Assembly: GCA_009379925.1 (NCBI GenBank)
Contig: WHSU01000014.1
Coordinates: forward strand, 18,611 to 82,610
Direction of reading: 5' to 3'
DNA: 64,000 nt
Origin: Dehalococcoidia bacterium
GTDB lineage: Bacteria > Chloroflexota > Dehalococcoidia > UBA2979
Under the pieces are notes generated by a model that did not search any database, was not told the origin of the DNA, and saw nothing but the letters and a program-made list of their open reading frames with translations. Positions 55,558-64,000 of this stretch are shown here, one piece after another (the stretch's first letter is position 1; every line of letters begins with the position of its first letter). Made by a program: the position numbers and the translations under genes.

Positions 55558-57993
55558 TTGAGCCACGAGTACCGCACGGTCGACAGCCAGCATCCCGGCT
55601 ACGTGCTGCCCCGTTCCGCGTGGGTCGCGCCAGCGTTCATCGTGGTCTTCGCGCTGGCCTCCGCGGGGACCTTCCTGGTCATGCCGGAGCTGATCCGGGA
55701 GTACACGCAGGTGCTACGCCACCTGACCGGCGAGAGCGCCTCGACCCTTCCCACGCCGCCGTCCCTCAGCTTCCGCCCCTTCTTCTTCCTGGTGATGGTG
55801 CTGTTCGGCCTCTTCATTGCGGCGCCCCTGCGGCACCGCCTCCTGTTGTTCGTGATGTCAGCTGTCCTCGCCGGCGCGACGGCCATGAGTGTGGACGTGC
55901 TGCTGGTGGAGATGCAGCCTTTCGGCTGGCCGGCGCCGTTCGGACTCGGCGGGAATGTCCTCAACGGCTTCGCCATGCTGTTTTTGAGTGCGGCCGTCAT
56001 CCTCAGCGCTCACCACACACCACCGACGGTGGACGTGAGGACTCAGCGGCGGCGTTCGCTGCGCTACTCGGTCACGCTGGTGCTGGCCACGGTGGTCTCC
56101 GCCTTCCTGGTGGTCGGCGGCATCCTCTACGCAACGGCCGAGATCGACCGTGTGCGCGACTTCGCGCTGCTGGGTGGTCTGGGTCCGGGCGTCATCCTGC
56201 TGCTGCCGACGATCCAGTTGCTGCTCTTCCTGCTGGCCCTCGTGCAGCGCGGCGTGGGCAAGCTGACCGGACGCTGGCGGGGCCGCTACGACGCCCGCTG
56301 GGATCAGATGGCCGCCGAGGGCCGCGAACCGCCCTCCGTTGCCTTCCTGGTGCCGGCGCACAACGAGGCCGAGACGATCGCCGACTGCCTGTTCAGCATC
56401 GACCAGGGCTCGCGCGGCTATCCTCGCAAGCCCCGCATCTACGTCGTCAACAACGCGTCGACCGACCACACCGCCGAGGCAGCCGAGGCGGCGTTCGCGC
56501 GGTGCGATTATGTCACCGGAGAGGTCCTCGACTGCCCCACGCCCGGCAAGTCACACGCGCTGAACTTCGGGCTCGGCCAGCTCACGGAGGAGATCGTCAT
56601 CCGGGTCGACTCGGACTCGTTGCTGGCGCCGGACGTGCTGCCGCGGGTGATGCGCCACTTCGACGACCCTCGCGTGGGGGGCGTCGGTGGCCTCTCCCTC
56701 CCACTACCGCACCAGGCGCGCTCGTTGCTGGGGCGCATTCGGTCGATCGAGGTCTACTACAACGTCGGGATGGTGCGGGTCGCACAGGCCACCATCGACG
56801 CGGTGATGGTGCTACCGGGGCAGCTCTCCGCGTACCGGCGCCAGCTGATCTCCGACATGGGTGGCTTCGCGGAGGGGATCAACGGCGAAGACACAGACCT
56901 GACCGTGCGCGTCGGCCGCGCGGGGTGGCGCATCGTCATGGATCCGGACATCGTGCTGTACTCGGAGGTGCCGCCAAACCTCACACACCTTCGCGAGCAG
57001 CGGCTCCGCTGGAGCCGCAGCCTGATCCACGTCTACAAGCGAAACGTCTCCGCGCTGTGGCGCCTGCAGGGCATCCGAGGGCTATGGCTGCTCCCCATGG
57101 GCCTGGCCACGTCCGTCCGCCGCGCCTCGATCCCGCTCATCCTCGTCTACGCCGCCTGCGCGATGCTCATCGCGCCTTCGACGCTCTTCGTCCGCAGCGG
57201 GATGGCGCTGGCGGCCGTCCTCATTGGCCCGCATACGCTGCTGGCGGTGCTCGCGCTGGTGGCGTACCGGCGCTTCGACCTGATCCCGTTCCTGCCGGGA
57301 TACCTTGGCCTGCGGTTCTTCCGCACCTACGTCGGCCTGGAGGCGCTGCTGATGATGCGCCATCGGTCGTTGCCCTCCGGCGTCGCGGTCCCGGAGCCGG
57401 AACGCGTACCGAGGGCGCAGCGAGCACAGACGCGCACCAGCCGAGCCGCACTGGTGACCGCGGCGCTGATGGGGGCCACGCTGGGCTCGGCTGTCACCGC
57501 AAGCTTCTTCATCCCGGCGGTGCGCTCGAACGCCGAACCGGTGGACGTGCTGGTTTCGCGGGCCGCGGCCAACACCACGCCCGAGGCCGCCGAGACTCCC
57601 CCTTCGGCCGTCGACCTGGATGGTTCCTGGCGACGGGGGCTGGTTGCCCCGACGGTAGCGGCTCGTGCGTCGGCGACGCCGACCCCCGGCGCGCCGGCCA
57701 GCACCGCCACAGCGACCGCACCGCCTTCGCTGGTCGGTGCGTCCGATGCGGCACAACCGCTCGCCGGCCCGGGCGCCGGCTCGACTGAGAGTGGCGGCGA
57801 GGCGCCGGCGGAGGGGACGGGAGCCGAGTTCGAGCCTGTGCTGGTGCAGCCTGGTGACTCACTGGATGCGATCGCGGGCCGCTACGGCACCACAGTCGGC
57901 GAGTTGCAGATGATCAACCAGATTGAGGACCCCTCGCGCATCGGCGCCGGGACGTGGCTATTGGTCCCGACGAGCGCGCCGCGCGAGGAGTGA
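55558..57993 (+). CDS. membrane-embedded processive family-2 glycosyltransferase with C-terminal LysM domain
   Basis: 811 aa. N-terminal TM bundle. GT2 core VAFLVPAHNEAETI, RVDSDS, GEDTDLT and QRLRWSRS (QxxRW). More TM helices follow, then an Ala/Pro-rich linker and LysM (VLVQPGDSLDAIAGRYGTTVGELQMINQIEDPSRIGAGTWLLVP). The TTG start is uncertain. Confidence 0.8.
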   Translation: MSHEYRTVDSQHPGYVLPRSAWVAPAFIVVFALASAGTFLVMPELIREYTQVLRHLTGESASTLPTPPSLSFRPFFFLVMVLFGLFIAAPLRHRLLLFVMSAVLAGATAMSVDVLLVEMQPFGWPAPFGLGGNVLNGFAMLFLSAAVILSAHHTPPTVDVRTQRRRSLRYSVTLVLATVVSAFLVVGGILYATAEIDRVRDFALLGGLGPGVILLLPTIQLLLFLLALVQRGVGKLTGRWRGRYDARWDQMAAEGREPPSVAFLVPAHNEAETIADCLFSIDQGSRGYPRKPRIYVVNNASTDHTAEAAEAAFARCDYVTGEVLDCPTPGKSHALNFGLGQLTEEIVIRVDSDSLLAPDVLPRVMRHFDDPRVGGVGGLSLPLPHQARSLLGRIRSIEVYYNVGMVRVAQATIDAVMVLPGQLSAYRRQLISDMGGFAEGINGEDTDLTVRVGRAGWRIVMDPDIVLYSEVPPNLTHLREQRLRWSRSLIHVYKRNVSALWRLQGIRGLWLLPMGLATSVRRASIPLILVYAACAMLIAPSTLFVRSGMALAAVLIGPHTLLAVLALVAYRRFDLIPFLPGYLGLRFFRTYVGLEALLMMRHRSLPSGVAVPEPERVPRAQRAQTRTSRAALVTAALMGATLGSAVTASFFIPAVRSNAEPVDVLVSRAAANTTPEAAETPPSAVDLDGSWRRGLVAPTVAARASATPTPGAPASTATATAPPSLVGASDAAQPLAGPGAGSTESGGEAPAEGTGAEFEPVLVQPGDSLDAIAGRYGTTVGELQMINQIEDPSRIGAGTWLLVPTSAPREE

Positions 57994-58000
57994 CGGCCGG

Positions 58001-59086
58001 TCAGCGCCCGAGACGGCGCAGGAACTCGTCGGCCTCGCCGACGTAGGCAGGGGACCACCACAGCATCAGGCCGGGGAGCCCGCGCGCCCGGATGGCCTGC
58101 GCGCAGGCCTCGCCCTGCTGGATGCTCACGCCGTTCGGCTGGTTTGGCGCTACGGTCACCTGCGGGAGCCATTCGCCACCGGCGATGTGCTGGTCACGCA
58201 GCCGGTCGAGCGCCTGCTCGAACGCGGGGAGCCCCTTCTTGCAATAGGTCTGCGTCTGCACGAAGGCGACGCCGCCTGCCTGCGTAAGCGCGCCGTAGTC
58301 CCAGCCATGCGGCTCGAGCGACCGCTGGAGTAGCGGCCGGCCTGTCGGGAGCGCGATGGCGGTGAGGCCCCTCGACTCGACGGCCGTACGGAGCGCGCGG
58401 ACGTGGTCCATGGTGGCCCCGAAGTCCCACGTGAACGAGGGCTCGTTGGGATAGTTTGGTTCGTAGTCGTAGACGATCCCCGTGAACAGCGGCGACAACT
58501 GCGGCGCCAGCTGCTGCACGTTGCCCAGGCCGGCCGTCATGGCAACCAGCCGCACGTTCGCGAGGGCCGCCTGGATACGCTCCGCCTGCGCGTTGAGCCA
58601 TGGGATGTCCAGCGTGTGATTGTTGTTGCCGGAGACGACGATCACGATGTCGCCACTGCGGAGCCGCGGCGCGAGCCGCTCCAACAGTTGACGCACGCCC
58701 GGCTCGTTGTGGACGGGGAGTGCGACGACCATGGCGTCGGGTTGTGTCTGCGCGAGGAACCGCTGGGTGGGGCCGAGCACCTCTGAGTCAGCTTGTCGGG
58801 AGGGACCACCGACCGGAGCGGGCCCGGCGGCCGGTTGAGGCGCCGGGCTCGCGGCGCCGGCTGACGCTGTAACCACGTGGAGATAGGCGGGGACTCGCCG
58901 CTCCGGGGGATCGACGGCCTCGGTGGGGTCCGGCGCCGGTAGCAGCGGGCCGCGCGGCACGTCGATGTCGTCCGCGGGGCTGCTCACAGCGGGCGGCGCC
59001 GGTGTCGGCGGGCTGTCCCGGCGGTCACCATCGGAGCAGGCTGCCAGCGTGAGCACGACCAAACCGAGGACCAGACGGAGTCGCAT
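58001..59086 (-). CDS. lipoprotein of unknown function (361 aa)
   Basis: MRLRLVLGLVVLTLAAC is a lipobox, followed by a Pro-rich linker and a ~250-aa globular domain. No family recognised with confidence. Confidence 0.6.
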   Translation of the reverse strand: MRLRLVLGLVVLTLAACSDGDRRDSPPTPAPPAVSSPADDIDVPRGPLLPAPDPTEAVDPPERRVPAYLHVVTASAGAASPAPQPAAGPAPVGGPSRQADSEVLGPTQRFLAQTQPDAMVVALPVHNEPGVRQLLERLAPRLRSGDIVIVVSGNNNHTLDIPWLNAQAERIQAALANVRLVAMTAGLGNVQQLAPQLSPLFTGIVYDYEPNYPNEPSFTWDFGATMDHVRALRTAVESRGLTAIALPTGRPLLQRSLEPHGWDYGALTQAGGVAFVQTQTYCKKGLPAFEQALDRLRDQHIAGGEWLPQVTVAPNQPNGVSIQQGEACAQAIRARGLPGLMLWWSPAYVGEADEFLRRLGR

Positions 59087-59168
59087 GCGTGTTCGCCTTC
59101 CACCTTGATCGTCGGCGGAGAGCGGCGAGCACGCGAGTGCGGGCGACTGACGATTGATGGAGATTCAC

Positions 59169-59720
59169 CTATTCGGCGAGCGCTCCGCAGGGCCGAGCCG
59201 CCTCGAGCACTGCTCGGGCCTCGTCCGGGAGCGGCGGGGAGGGTGGGTCGAGCAGGTCCTCCGCGCCGGAGCGGACCCCGGCGACCAGGCTTTGGACGGC
59301 CTCGGCGCTCGCACTGTCGTTGACCGCCGTGAGCGCCGATCGCGTCCGTTCGAGTGCACCCCGTCCATCCGCCAGCAGCTGGTCCTGGTAAGGGGCGAGC
59401 TCCGCCGGCGCGTTCAGTCCCTCGATGACCGCGACGTAGCGCTCCCGGAGCGAGACAAGCGTGTTCAGGGTGTCCGCCGCCGTCTGCTGCCGGATGCGAA
59501 GCGCCTGCTCCTCGGTAGCGCCCGGCGGGGTAGTGGTGTCCACCTCGAAGTCCTCGCGCAACTGCACCAGGTCGGTGTGAAGGGCGTCGGATTCGGTGCA
59601 AACACGGACCGCCCACGACTGCAGCGCGACGTCCACGGATTCGGCGTCGTCACCACAAGCTGCCAACAGGCAGGTGGCCGCGAGGAGCAGGGATCCGAGG
59701 TGGGCCGTTGTGAAGCGCAT
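59169..59720 (-). CDS. lipoprotein of unknown function (~183 aa)
   Basis: Start chosen at MRFTTAHLGSLLLAATCLLAAC (lipobox). The body is helical. Confidence 0.55.
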   Translation of the reverse strand: MRFTTAHLGSLLLAATCLLAACGDDAESVDVALQSWAVRVCTESDALHTDLVQLREDFEVDTTTPPGATEEQALRIRQQTAADTLNTLVSLRERYVAVIEGLNAPAELAPYQDQLLADGRGALERTRSALTAVNDSASAEAVQSLVAGVRSGAEDLLDPPSPPLPDEARAVLEAARPCGALAE

Positions 59721-59818
59721 CGAGGCCAGTCTAGGGACGCCTGCCCGCGCTGTAGCCTCCACAAGTGGGGTAGTTCACGGCGTTGCCGGACCAGTACTCG
59801 ATGCCGCGTGGCGGGAAA

Positions 59819-59866
59819 GCACAGCAATACGGCCCCGGGCGGGCGACCGGGGCCGTATTGCTGTGC
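59819..59866 (-). terminator. 20-bp perfect-stem hairpin
   Basis: GCACAGCAATACGGCCCCGG gcgggcga CCGGGGCCGTATTGCTGTGC. On the minus strand it is followed by TTTCCC. It lies ~150 nt downstream of the CAP-domain gene. Confidence 0.6.
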
Positions 59867-60017
59867 CGAACCCTCCCAAGTTTCCTCGGGAGGCCTCCAT
59901 GGGGGGGAGGAACAGTCCAGAGACTACGCGAGGCTTCGTTGTCGAGGCGCTACGCGGGCTCCTCGGCTTATGGCGATTCCGTATCTTTGGCGCCGCCCGA
60001 TGCCGGCAGGCTGCCCG

Positions 60018-60887
60018 TCAGGCGCAGACCGCGATGAATGGCGTACCGGCCGAAATCGACGGCGGGAAGCCGGCGTTCACGAACGCGGGCGCGCCTCGCC
60101 GGTAGCCGAGCATGACGCCGTCCAGCGTGACCCAGATCGAGAGGGCAGCGCAGCCACCGCTGTTGAGCGTGGTGACGACGGACTCCGGCGTGGCCGGCTC
60201 CTGCGCGACGAGGACACCGATGCCCTCGTCGGGCACACTCCCGCCGAGATTCGTCGTGGGCTGCGGGAGTGTCGCCGGTAGCGTAGCGGCGTCGACCTCG
60301 GAGCCGAGGGTGAGCACCCAGTACCAGTATTCCCCGCTGGACGATGCGCTGACCCACGCAAGGCCGGCGGCTCGGACGTCATCGGCGAGCAGGTTGGCGT
60401 AGTGCGGCGGGGAATCCACCCACCCCTGGTAGGCGGCCTGCCCGTCCGGATACCCGACGCCGATGTTCTCGCGGATCACCGATGGCGCGGGGTACCCGAA
60501 GGCCGAGAAGCGCGCGCGGATATCGCGGCCCAGGGAGTCGGTGTGATTCAAGGCGCCCACCTGCGCCAGGTCGGCGGCCATCCATTGGGCCGCGTCCTGG
60601 AGGGTGGGCGAGACGACCAGTTCGGGGAGTCCTTGCTGCGCCCGGGCCGCATTGATCAGGTCGAGCGCCCGTTGCTCCTCAGTGTCGAGCGGGGCCGCGG
60701 CGGTGACCTGCGAGGCGCCAGCGAACGATGCGAGGACACCAGCGGCGATCAGGGCCAGCAAGAGGGCGTACAGGCGCGTCCGGAACGTCGGAGGGAGCAC
60801 TAGCACACGCGGAGGCCTTCCCACGCGATGGGCCTGCCCCCGCGCGGATACTCGCACGGGATGGTCCATGGGGAAAGTGCCGCTCAT
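60018..60887 (-). CDS. secreted CAP/SCP/PR1-like domain protein
   Basis: Signal-like LYALLLALIAAGVLASFAGA. The CAP core is EEQRALDLINAARAQQGLPELVVSPTLQDAAQWMAADL...HTDS...GYPDGQAAYQGWVDSPPHYANLL. The start is uncertain (60887 or 60869). Confidence 0.7.
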   Translation of the reverse strand: MSGTFPMDHPVRVSARGQAHRVGRPPRVLVLPPTFRTRLYALLLALIAAGVLASFAGASQVTAAAPLDTEEQRALDLINAARAQQGLPELVVSPTLQDAAQWMAADLAQVGALNHTDSLGRDIRARFSAFGYPAPSVIRENIGVGYPDGQAAYQGWVDSPPHYANLLADDVRAAGLAWVSASSSGEYWYWVLTLGSEVDAATLPATLPQPTTNLGGSVPDEGIGVLVAQEPATPESVVTTLNSGGCAALSIWVTLDGVMLGYRRGAPAFVNAGFPPSISAGTPFIAVCA

Positions 60888-60977
60888 ACCCGATCTTCGA
60901 CATCGCGGACTGAGTTCACCAGAGAGCGCGACGCCCGGGCATCGACGCACGCGGGTGACCATGAGGTGGTGGAGCGG

Positions 60978-62225
60978 CTATCCCGGCGGGCGGTCCACGA
61001 TCACGCCACGCGCACGCAGGCCATCGATCTCCTCGCTCGTGAGGCCGAGCAGGCCACCGAGGACGGCGGCGTTGTGCTCGCCGAGGTCGGGGGCAGGCTG
61101 CCAGTCGCCCGCAGCGGGCTGTCCGGTGATGTGGATGGGCGTGCCCGGGTACGGCCGCGGACCAACGTCGGGCTGGTCGAGTTCCACCCAGAAGCCCCGC
61201 GCGCGGAGATGCGGGTCCGCCAGCAGACCGGGCGCCGAGAGCACGACACCCGCCGGCACGCCCGCCGCCTGGAGTCGCTCCATCAGCGGTCGCGGCTCAC
61301 AGCGAGATGTCCATGCTTCGAGCAGCGCGTCGAGCGCGTCGTGATGCTCTCGGCGCGCCTCGGGTGTGGCGAAGCGCGCGTCGCCGGCCCACGCGGCGCC
61401 GGCGACGCGGCCGAGGGCGCGCCAGTCATCGTTGTGGCGGACAGAGAGGGCGATCCACTCGTCGTCGCCGAGGCAGCGATACACGCCCTGCGGCGCGAAG
61501 ACGGGATGGCGGCTACCGCGCCGCCCAGGGGTGGCGCCTGTCAGCTGGTACTCGATGAGGTGCTCGCCGAGGAAGGCGACCGCGCCCTCGTGCTGGGAGA
61601 GGTCGACCAGCGCGCCTTCGCCCGTCTCCTCTCGTCGCTGGAGCGCGGTGAGCACTGCTGCCGCGGCGGTCACGCCGCCCATGGCGTCGGGAATGGCCAT
61701 CGAGGTCACTCGTGGGGCGTCCGGTCCGTAACCCATGAGCGCGGTAAGCCCGGTCATGGGCTCCAGGCTCGGGCCGAGCGCGACCCAGTCACGGTAGGGG
61801 CCGTCCATCCCAAAGCCGGGCATCGATACGGCGATGATGCGCGGGTTCACCTCGCAGAGCTGGTCGTAGTCGAGGCCGAGCGATGGCATGGCGCGGGCAC
61901 TGAAGTTGTCGATGACCACGTCGCACTCGGCGACGAGCTGGAGGAAGACGCCGCGCCCTTCGTCGTCCTTGAGGTCGATCGCGAGGCTGCGCTTATTGCG
62001 ATTGAGCTTGTTGAACAGGCCCTGTCGCCGCCACGGCCGCTCACCCGGCCCGCCCTCCGGGTAGATGCCACCTCGGATGGTCACGACGGCGGGACCGCGG
62101 CCGAGGGGCGGCTCCACCTTGATCACCTCCGCGCCGAGGTCGGCGAGGATGCGCGTCGCCAGCGGGCCGGCCCAGATCTGGGTGAGATCCAGAATGCGCA
62201 CGCCCTGGAGCGGTCTGGCGCTCAT
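60978..62225 (-). CDS. family III CoA-transferase (CaiB/BaiF)
   Basis: LQGVRILDLTQIWAGPLATRILADLGAEVIKVEPP. 415 aa. Confidence 0.85.
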   Translation of the reverse strand: MSARPLQGVRILDLTQIWAGPLATRILADLGAEVIKVEPPLGRGPAVVTIRGGIYPEGGPGERPWRRQGLFNKLNRNKRSLAIDLKDDEGRGVFLQLVAECDVVIDNFSARAMPSLGLDYDQLCEVNPRIIAVSMPGFGMDGPYRDWVALGPSLEPMTGLTALMGYGPDAPRVTSMAIPDAMGGVTAAAAVLTALQRREETGEGALVDLSQHEGAVAFLGEHLIEYQLTGATPGRRGSRHPVFAPQGVYRCLGDDEWIALSVRHNDDWRALGRVAGAAWAGDARFATPEARREHHDALDALLEAWTSRCEPRPLMERLQAAGVPAGVVLSAPGLLADPHLRARGFWVELDQPDVGPRPYPGTPIHITGQPAAGDWQPAPDLGEHNAAVLGGLLGLTSEEIDGLRARGVIVDRPPG

Positions 62226-63277
62226 TCAGCCGGCTCCGAACGGCGCCCCGCGAGCCGGAACCCGGAGCCGGGCATGCGTACGCGCTTGCCATCGACGTCG
62301 GCAGCCTCCCAGAAGCCGCGAGCGGCCAGGTGGTCGTCCTCCAGCAGCTCCGGAAACGTGAGCGCCGCTCCGATGGGGACACGCCACTGCTCCTGCGCCT
62401 CCGCGAGCAGTTGGCGCCGTGTCTTGCCCTCGAACGCCTCGAAGGCGATCGCGTCGAGCTCGTCAGCGTGTTCCATGCGGTCCGCGTTCGAGGCGAAGCG
62501 TGGGTCATCGACCAGCTCGGGGTGGCCGATGAGGTAGCAGTACGCGGGCCAGAAGGCCGGCAGCGCGTTGACGCCGTACCAGCCGTCCGCGCACGGCAAC
62601 AGCGTAGTCGGGTGCAGGTTCTCCCATCGGTTGCCGTGGCGGCTTCGGATCCGGCCGGCGTAGGTCCACATGACGGTGGTGAACTGGCTCAACGACGCGA
62701 GCACCTCGAGCATCCCGATGTCAATGACGGTCGGCGCATCCGGGACGGAGCGGCCGCCGAGGTGCGCCGCCAGCGCGGCGGTGTAGGCAAGCTGGCCGGA
62801 CTGGTACTCCAGGTAGCGGATCGGCAAGGTGAGAGGGGCGCGCCCGGGGTCGCCCATGAGCGCCGTGTAGCCCCCAAGCGCCAGCAGCGTCGCCGGCGTC
62901 GCCTCCCAGTCGCGGTACGGGCCATCGAGGCCGAACGGGGTAATCGCCACACGGACCGCGGGCGGACCAGCCTCGCCGGCTTCGAGGAGCCGCAACGGCT
63001 CGATGATCCGCGCCGGCTCATCCGTCACGAGTACGTCGCATTGACCGGCGAGCCGGTCGAGCAGGTCGCGGCCCTCCTCGCGGGTGTAGTCGAGTGCCAC
63101 CCGTTGCTTGCCGTGGTGCAGGTAGTGGTCCAGCGAGCGGTCTGCGGGCGACGCCATCAGGGGCTCGGCGCGCTGCACGGCGATCACCTCGGCGCCCCAG
63201 CGGGCAAAGAGCTTGCCGCAGTATCCAGCGGCGGGTCCGCCACCGACCTCGAGCACTCGCAGCGACATCGTCACCAC
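62222..63277 (-). CDS. family III CoA-transferase-like protein (shorter paralog)
   Basis: LRVLEVGGGPAAGYCGKLFARWGAEVIAVQ. 351 aa. The stop overlaps the downstream paralog start. Confidence 0.7.
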   Translation of the reverse strand: MVTMSLRVLEVGGGPAAGYCGKLFARWGAEVIAVQRAEPLMASPADRSLDHYLHHGKQRVALDYTREEGRDLLDRLAGQCDVLVTDEPARIIEPLRLLEAGEAGPPAVRVAITPFGLDGPYRDWEATPATLLALGGYTALMGDPGRAPLTLPIRYLEYQSGQLAYTAALAAHLGGRSVPDAPTVIDIGMLEVLASLSQFTTVMWTYAGRIRSRHGNRWENLHPTTLLPCADGWYGVNALPAFWPAYCYLIGHPELVDDPRFASNADRMEHADELDAIAFEAFEGKTRRQLLAEAQEQWRVPIGAALTFPELLEDDHLAARGFWEAADVDGKRVRMPGSGFRLAGRRSEPAE

Positions 63278-63858
63278 CGTTCAACCACGCGCATAGTAGC
63301 GAGGCAGAGCCGACACCGGATAAGATCCCGGACGTGGGGAACTGCGGCTCGCGGTAGCCGCCGCACTGGTGGCGTCGTGCCGGCGGCGCATTCACAGGCG
63401 TGAGCAACCCATCCGGTATGCTCGCGAGATATGAGCAGCACGCGGAGCCGCCCATGACTAACGAACCCGAGTCGAGCATCCCGCCGGGCGAACCGGACGA
63501 GGCTCCGCCGCAGGACCCGACTCGGGCCACACCACGGGGGGAGCGACCGCCCGAGGGGCCCCGCCGCCGGGTTCGCTCCCGATAGGACTGCATGATCGGC
63601 CTGGGCGTGGCGATGCTCGTCAGTGCCCTCTCACACGTGGGGGTGAGCGTCGATAGCCGCACGCGCGCCCGAACCGGAATATCCGGTGGCCGGGCCAGCG
63701 AAGAGGTGCTTGGGCGTGCGCTACAATGCGCGTCGGGCCGGGTGGCCGGTCCGGGCGGCAGAGACGATTCCCGCGTGACGGGGCCTCCTGCGCTCCCTGG
63801 GGGTTATCAGCGGGCGTCGCTCTCGCCCCAGCACTGGCTTCAATGAGAGGACGGGCAC

Positions 63859-64000
63859 TTGCAGGCGGTGAAATACGCGCGTGCATCATCGATCGGTGAT
63901 GCCATCAAACTCCTGCAGGAGGGCGGCCCGGCCGCCCGCGTCCTGGCGGGTGGGACCGACGTGATTGTGCAGGCGCGCGAGCGGCGCCGGGATATCGACC
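63859..64000 (+). CDS. FAD-binding subunit of a molybdenum hydroxylase (CoxM/XdhB-like), N-terminal fragment, runs off right edge
   Basis: Own translation from TTG 63859 (GAGAGGA upstream) gives LQAVKYARASSIGDAIKLLQEGGPAARVLAGGTDVIVQARERRRDID, the typical FAD_binding_5 start. Confidence 0.6.
   Translation, partial: MQAVKYARASSIGDAIKLLQEGGPAARVLAGGTDVIVQARERRRDID

Noticed and set aside
55368-57788. 806-aa alternative-frame ORF over the GT2 gene
   Set aside because: The translation is Arg/Pro/Ala-rich with no domains, whereas the 55558..57993 frame has TM helices, the D,D,D/QxxRW motifs and LysM.
63400-63846. 61-aa and 84-aa ORFs in the 63.3-63.9 kb gap
   Set aside because: Their tails are low-complexity (Pro/Arg/Gly) and there is no SD or family signal, so support is insufficient.

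Overview
High-GC (roughly 67-70% by eye) bacterial chromosomal window, densely coding on both strands. The gene content includes class II NrdJ with a C-terminal Zn-ribbon, MetE, an LLM/F420-type oxidoreductase, four family-III CoA-transferases and SqdB. This fits a Chloroflexota/Thermomicrobia-like or Actinomycetota-like organism, which is inference only. The backbone holds metabolic and housekeeping genes, two tRNAs (Arg-CCT, Gly-TCC), TA modules (hicAB, vapBC, an orphan RHH gene), an OmpR/HK two-component pair, and SoxR- and MarR-controlled operons. The main finding is an accessory tract at about 7.65-21.15 kb. It begins with a decayed junction: a 5'-truncated yfcH-like gene, a GNAT remnant, a lower-GC DHFR-family gene, hicAB and a frameshifted PIN gene. 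A roughly 10.6 kb integrase-bearing element follows (about 10.44-21.15 kb). This element carries an excisionase-like HTH, a DnaB-N/AAA_25 replication protein, an iteron array, a TerS-like gene plus TerL, an operator-rich switch region and a counter-oriented lower-GC cargo module. It has no portal, capsid, tail or lysis genes, so it is a candidate phage satellite (PICI-like) or, alternatively, a prophage remnant. It abuts the 3' end of nrdJ. The second notable locus is at 52.5-59.1 kb: phased direct repeats, a LuxR solo, an orphan UDP-sulfoquinovose synthase, a Sec-signal beta-roll protein with about 25 uninterrupted RTX nonapeptides, and a processive GT2 synthase ending in LysM. At least four genes carry single-nucleotide frame breaks, two of them at G/C homopolymers, so assembly error and real pseudogenisation cannot be separated from sequence alone. 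I saw no rRNA, CRISPR array or IS transposase. All functional calls come from my own reading of translated ORFs and motifs; no database search was possible.
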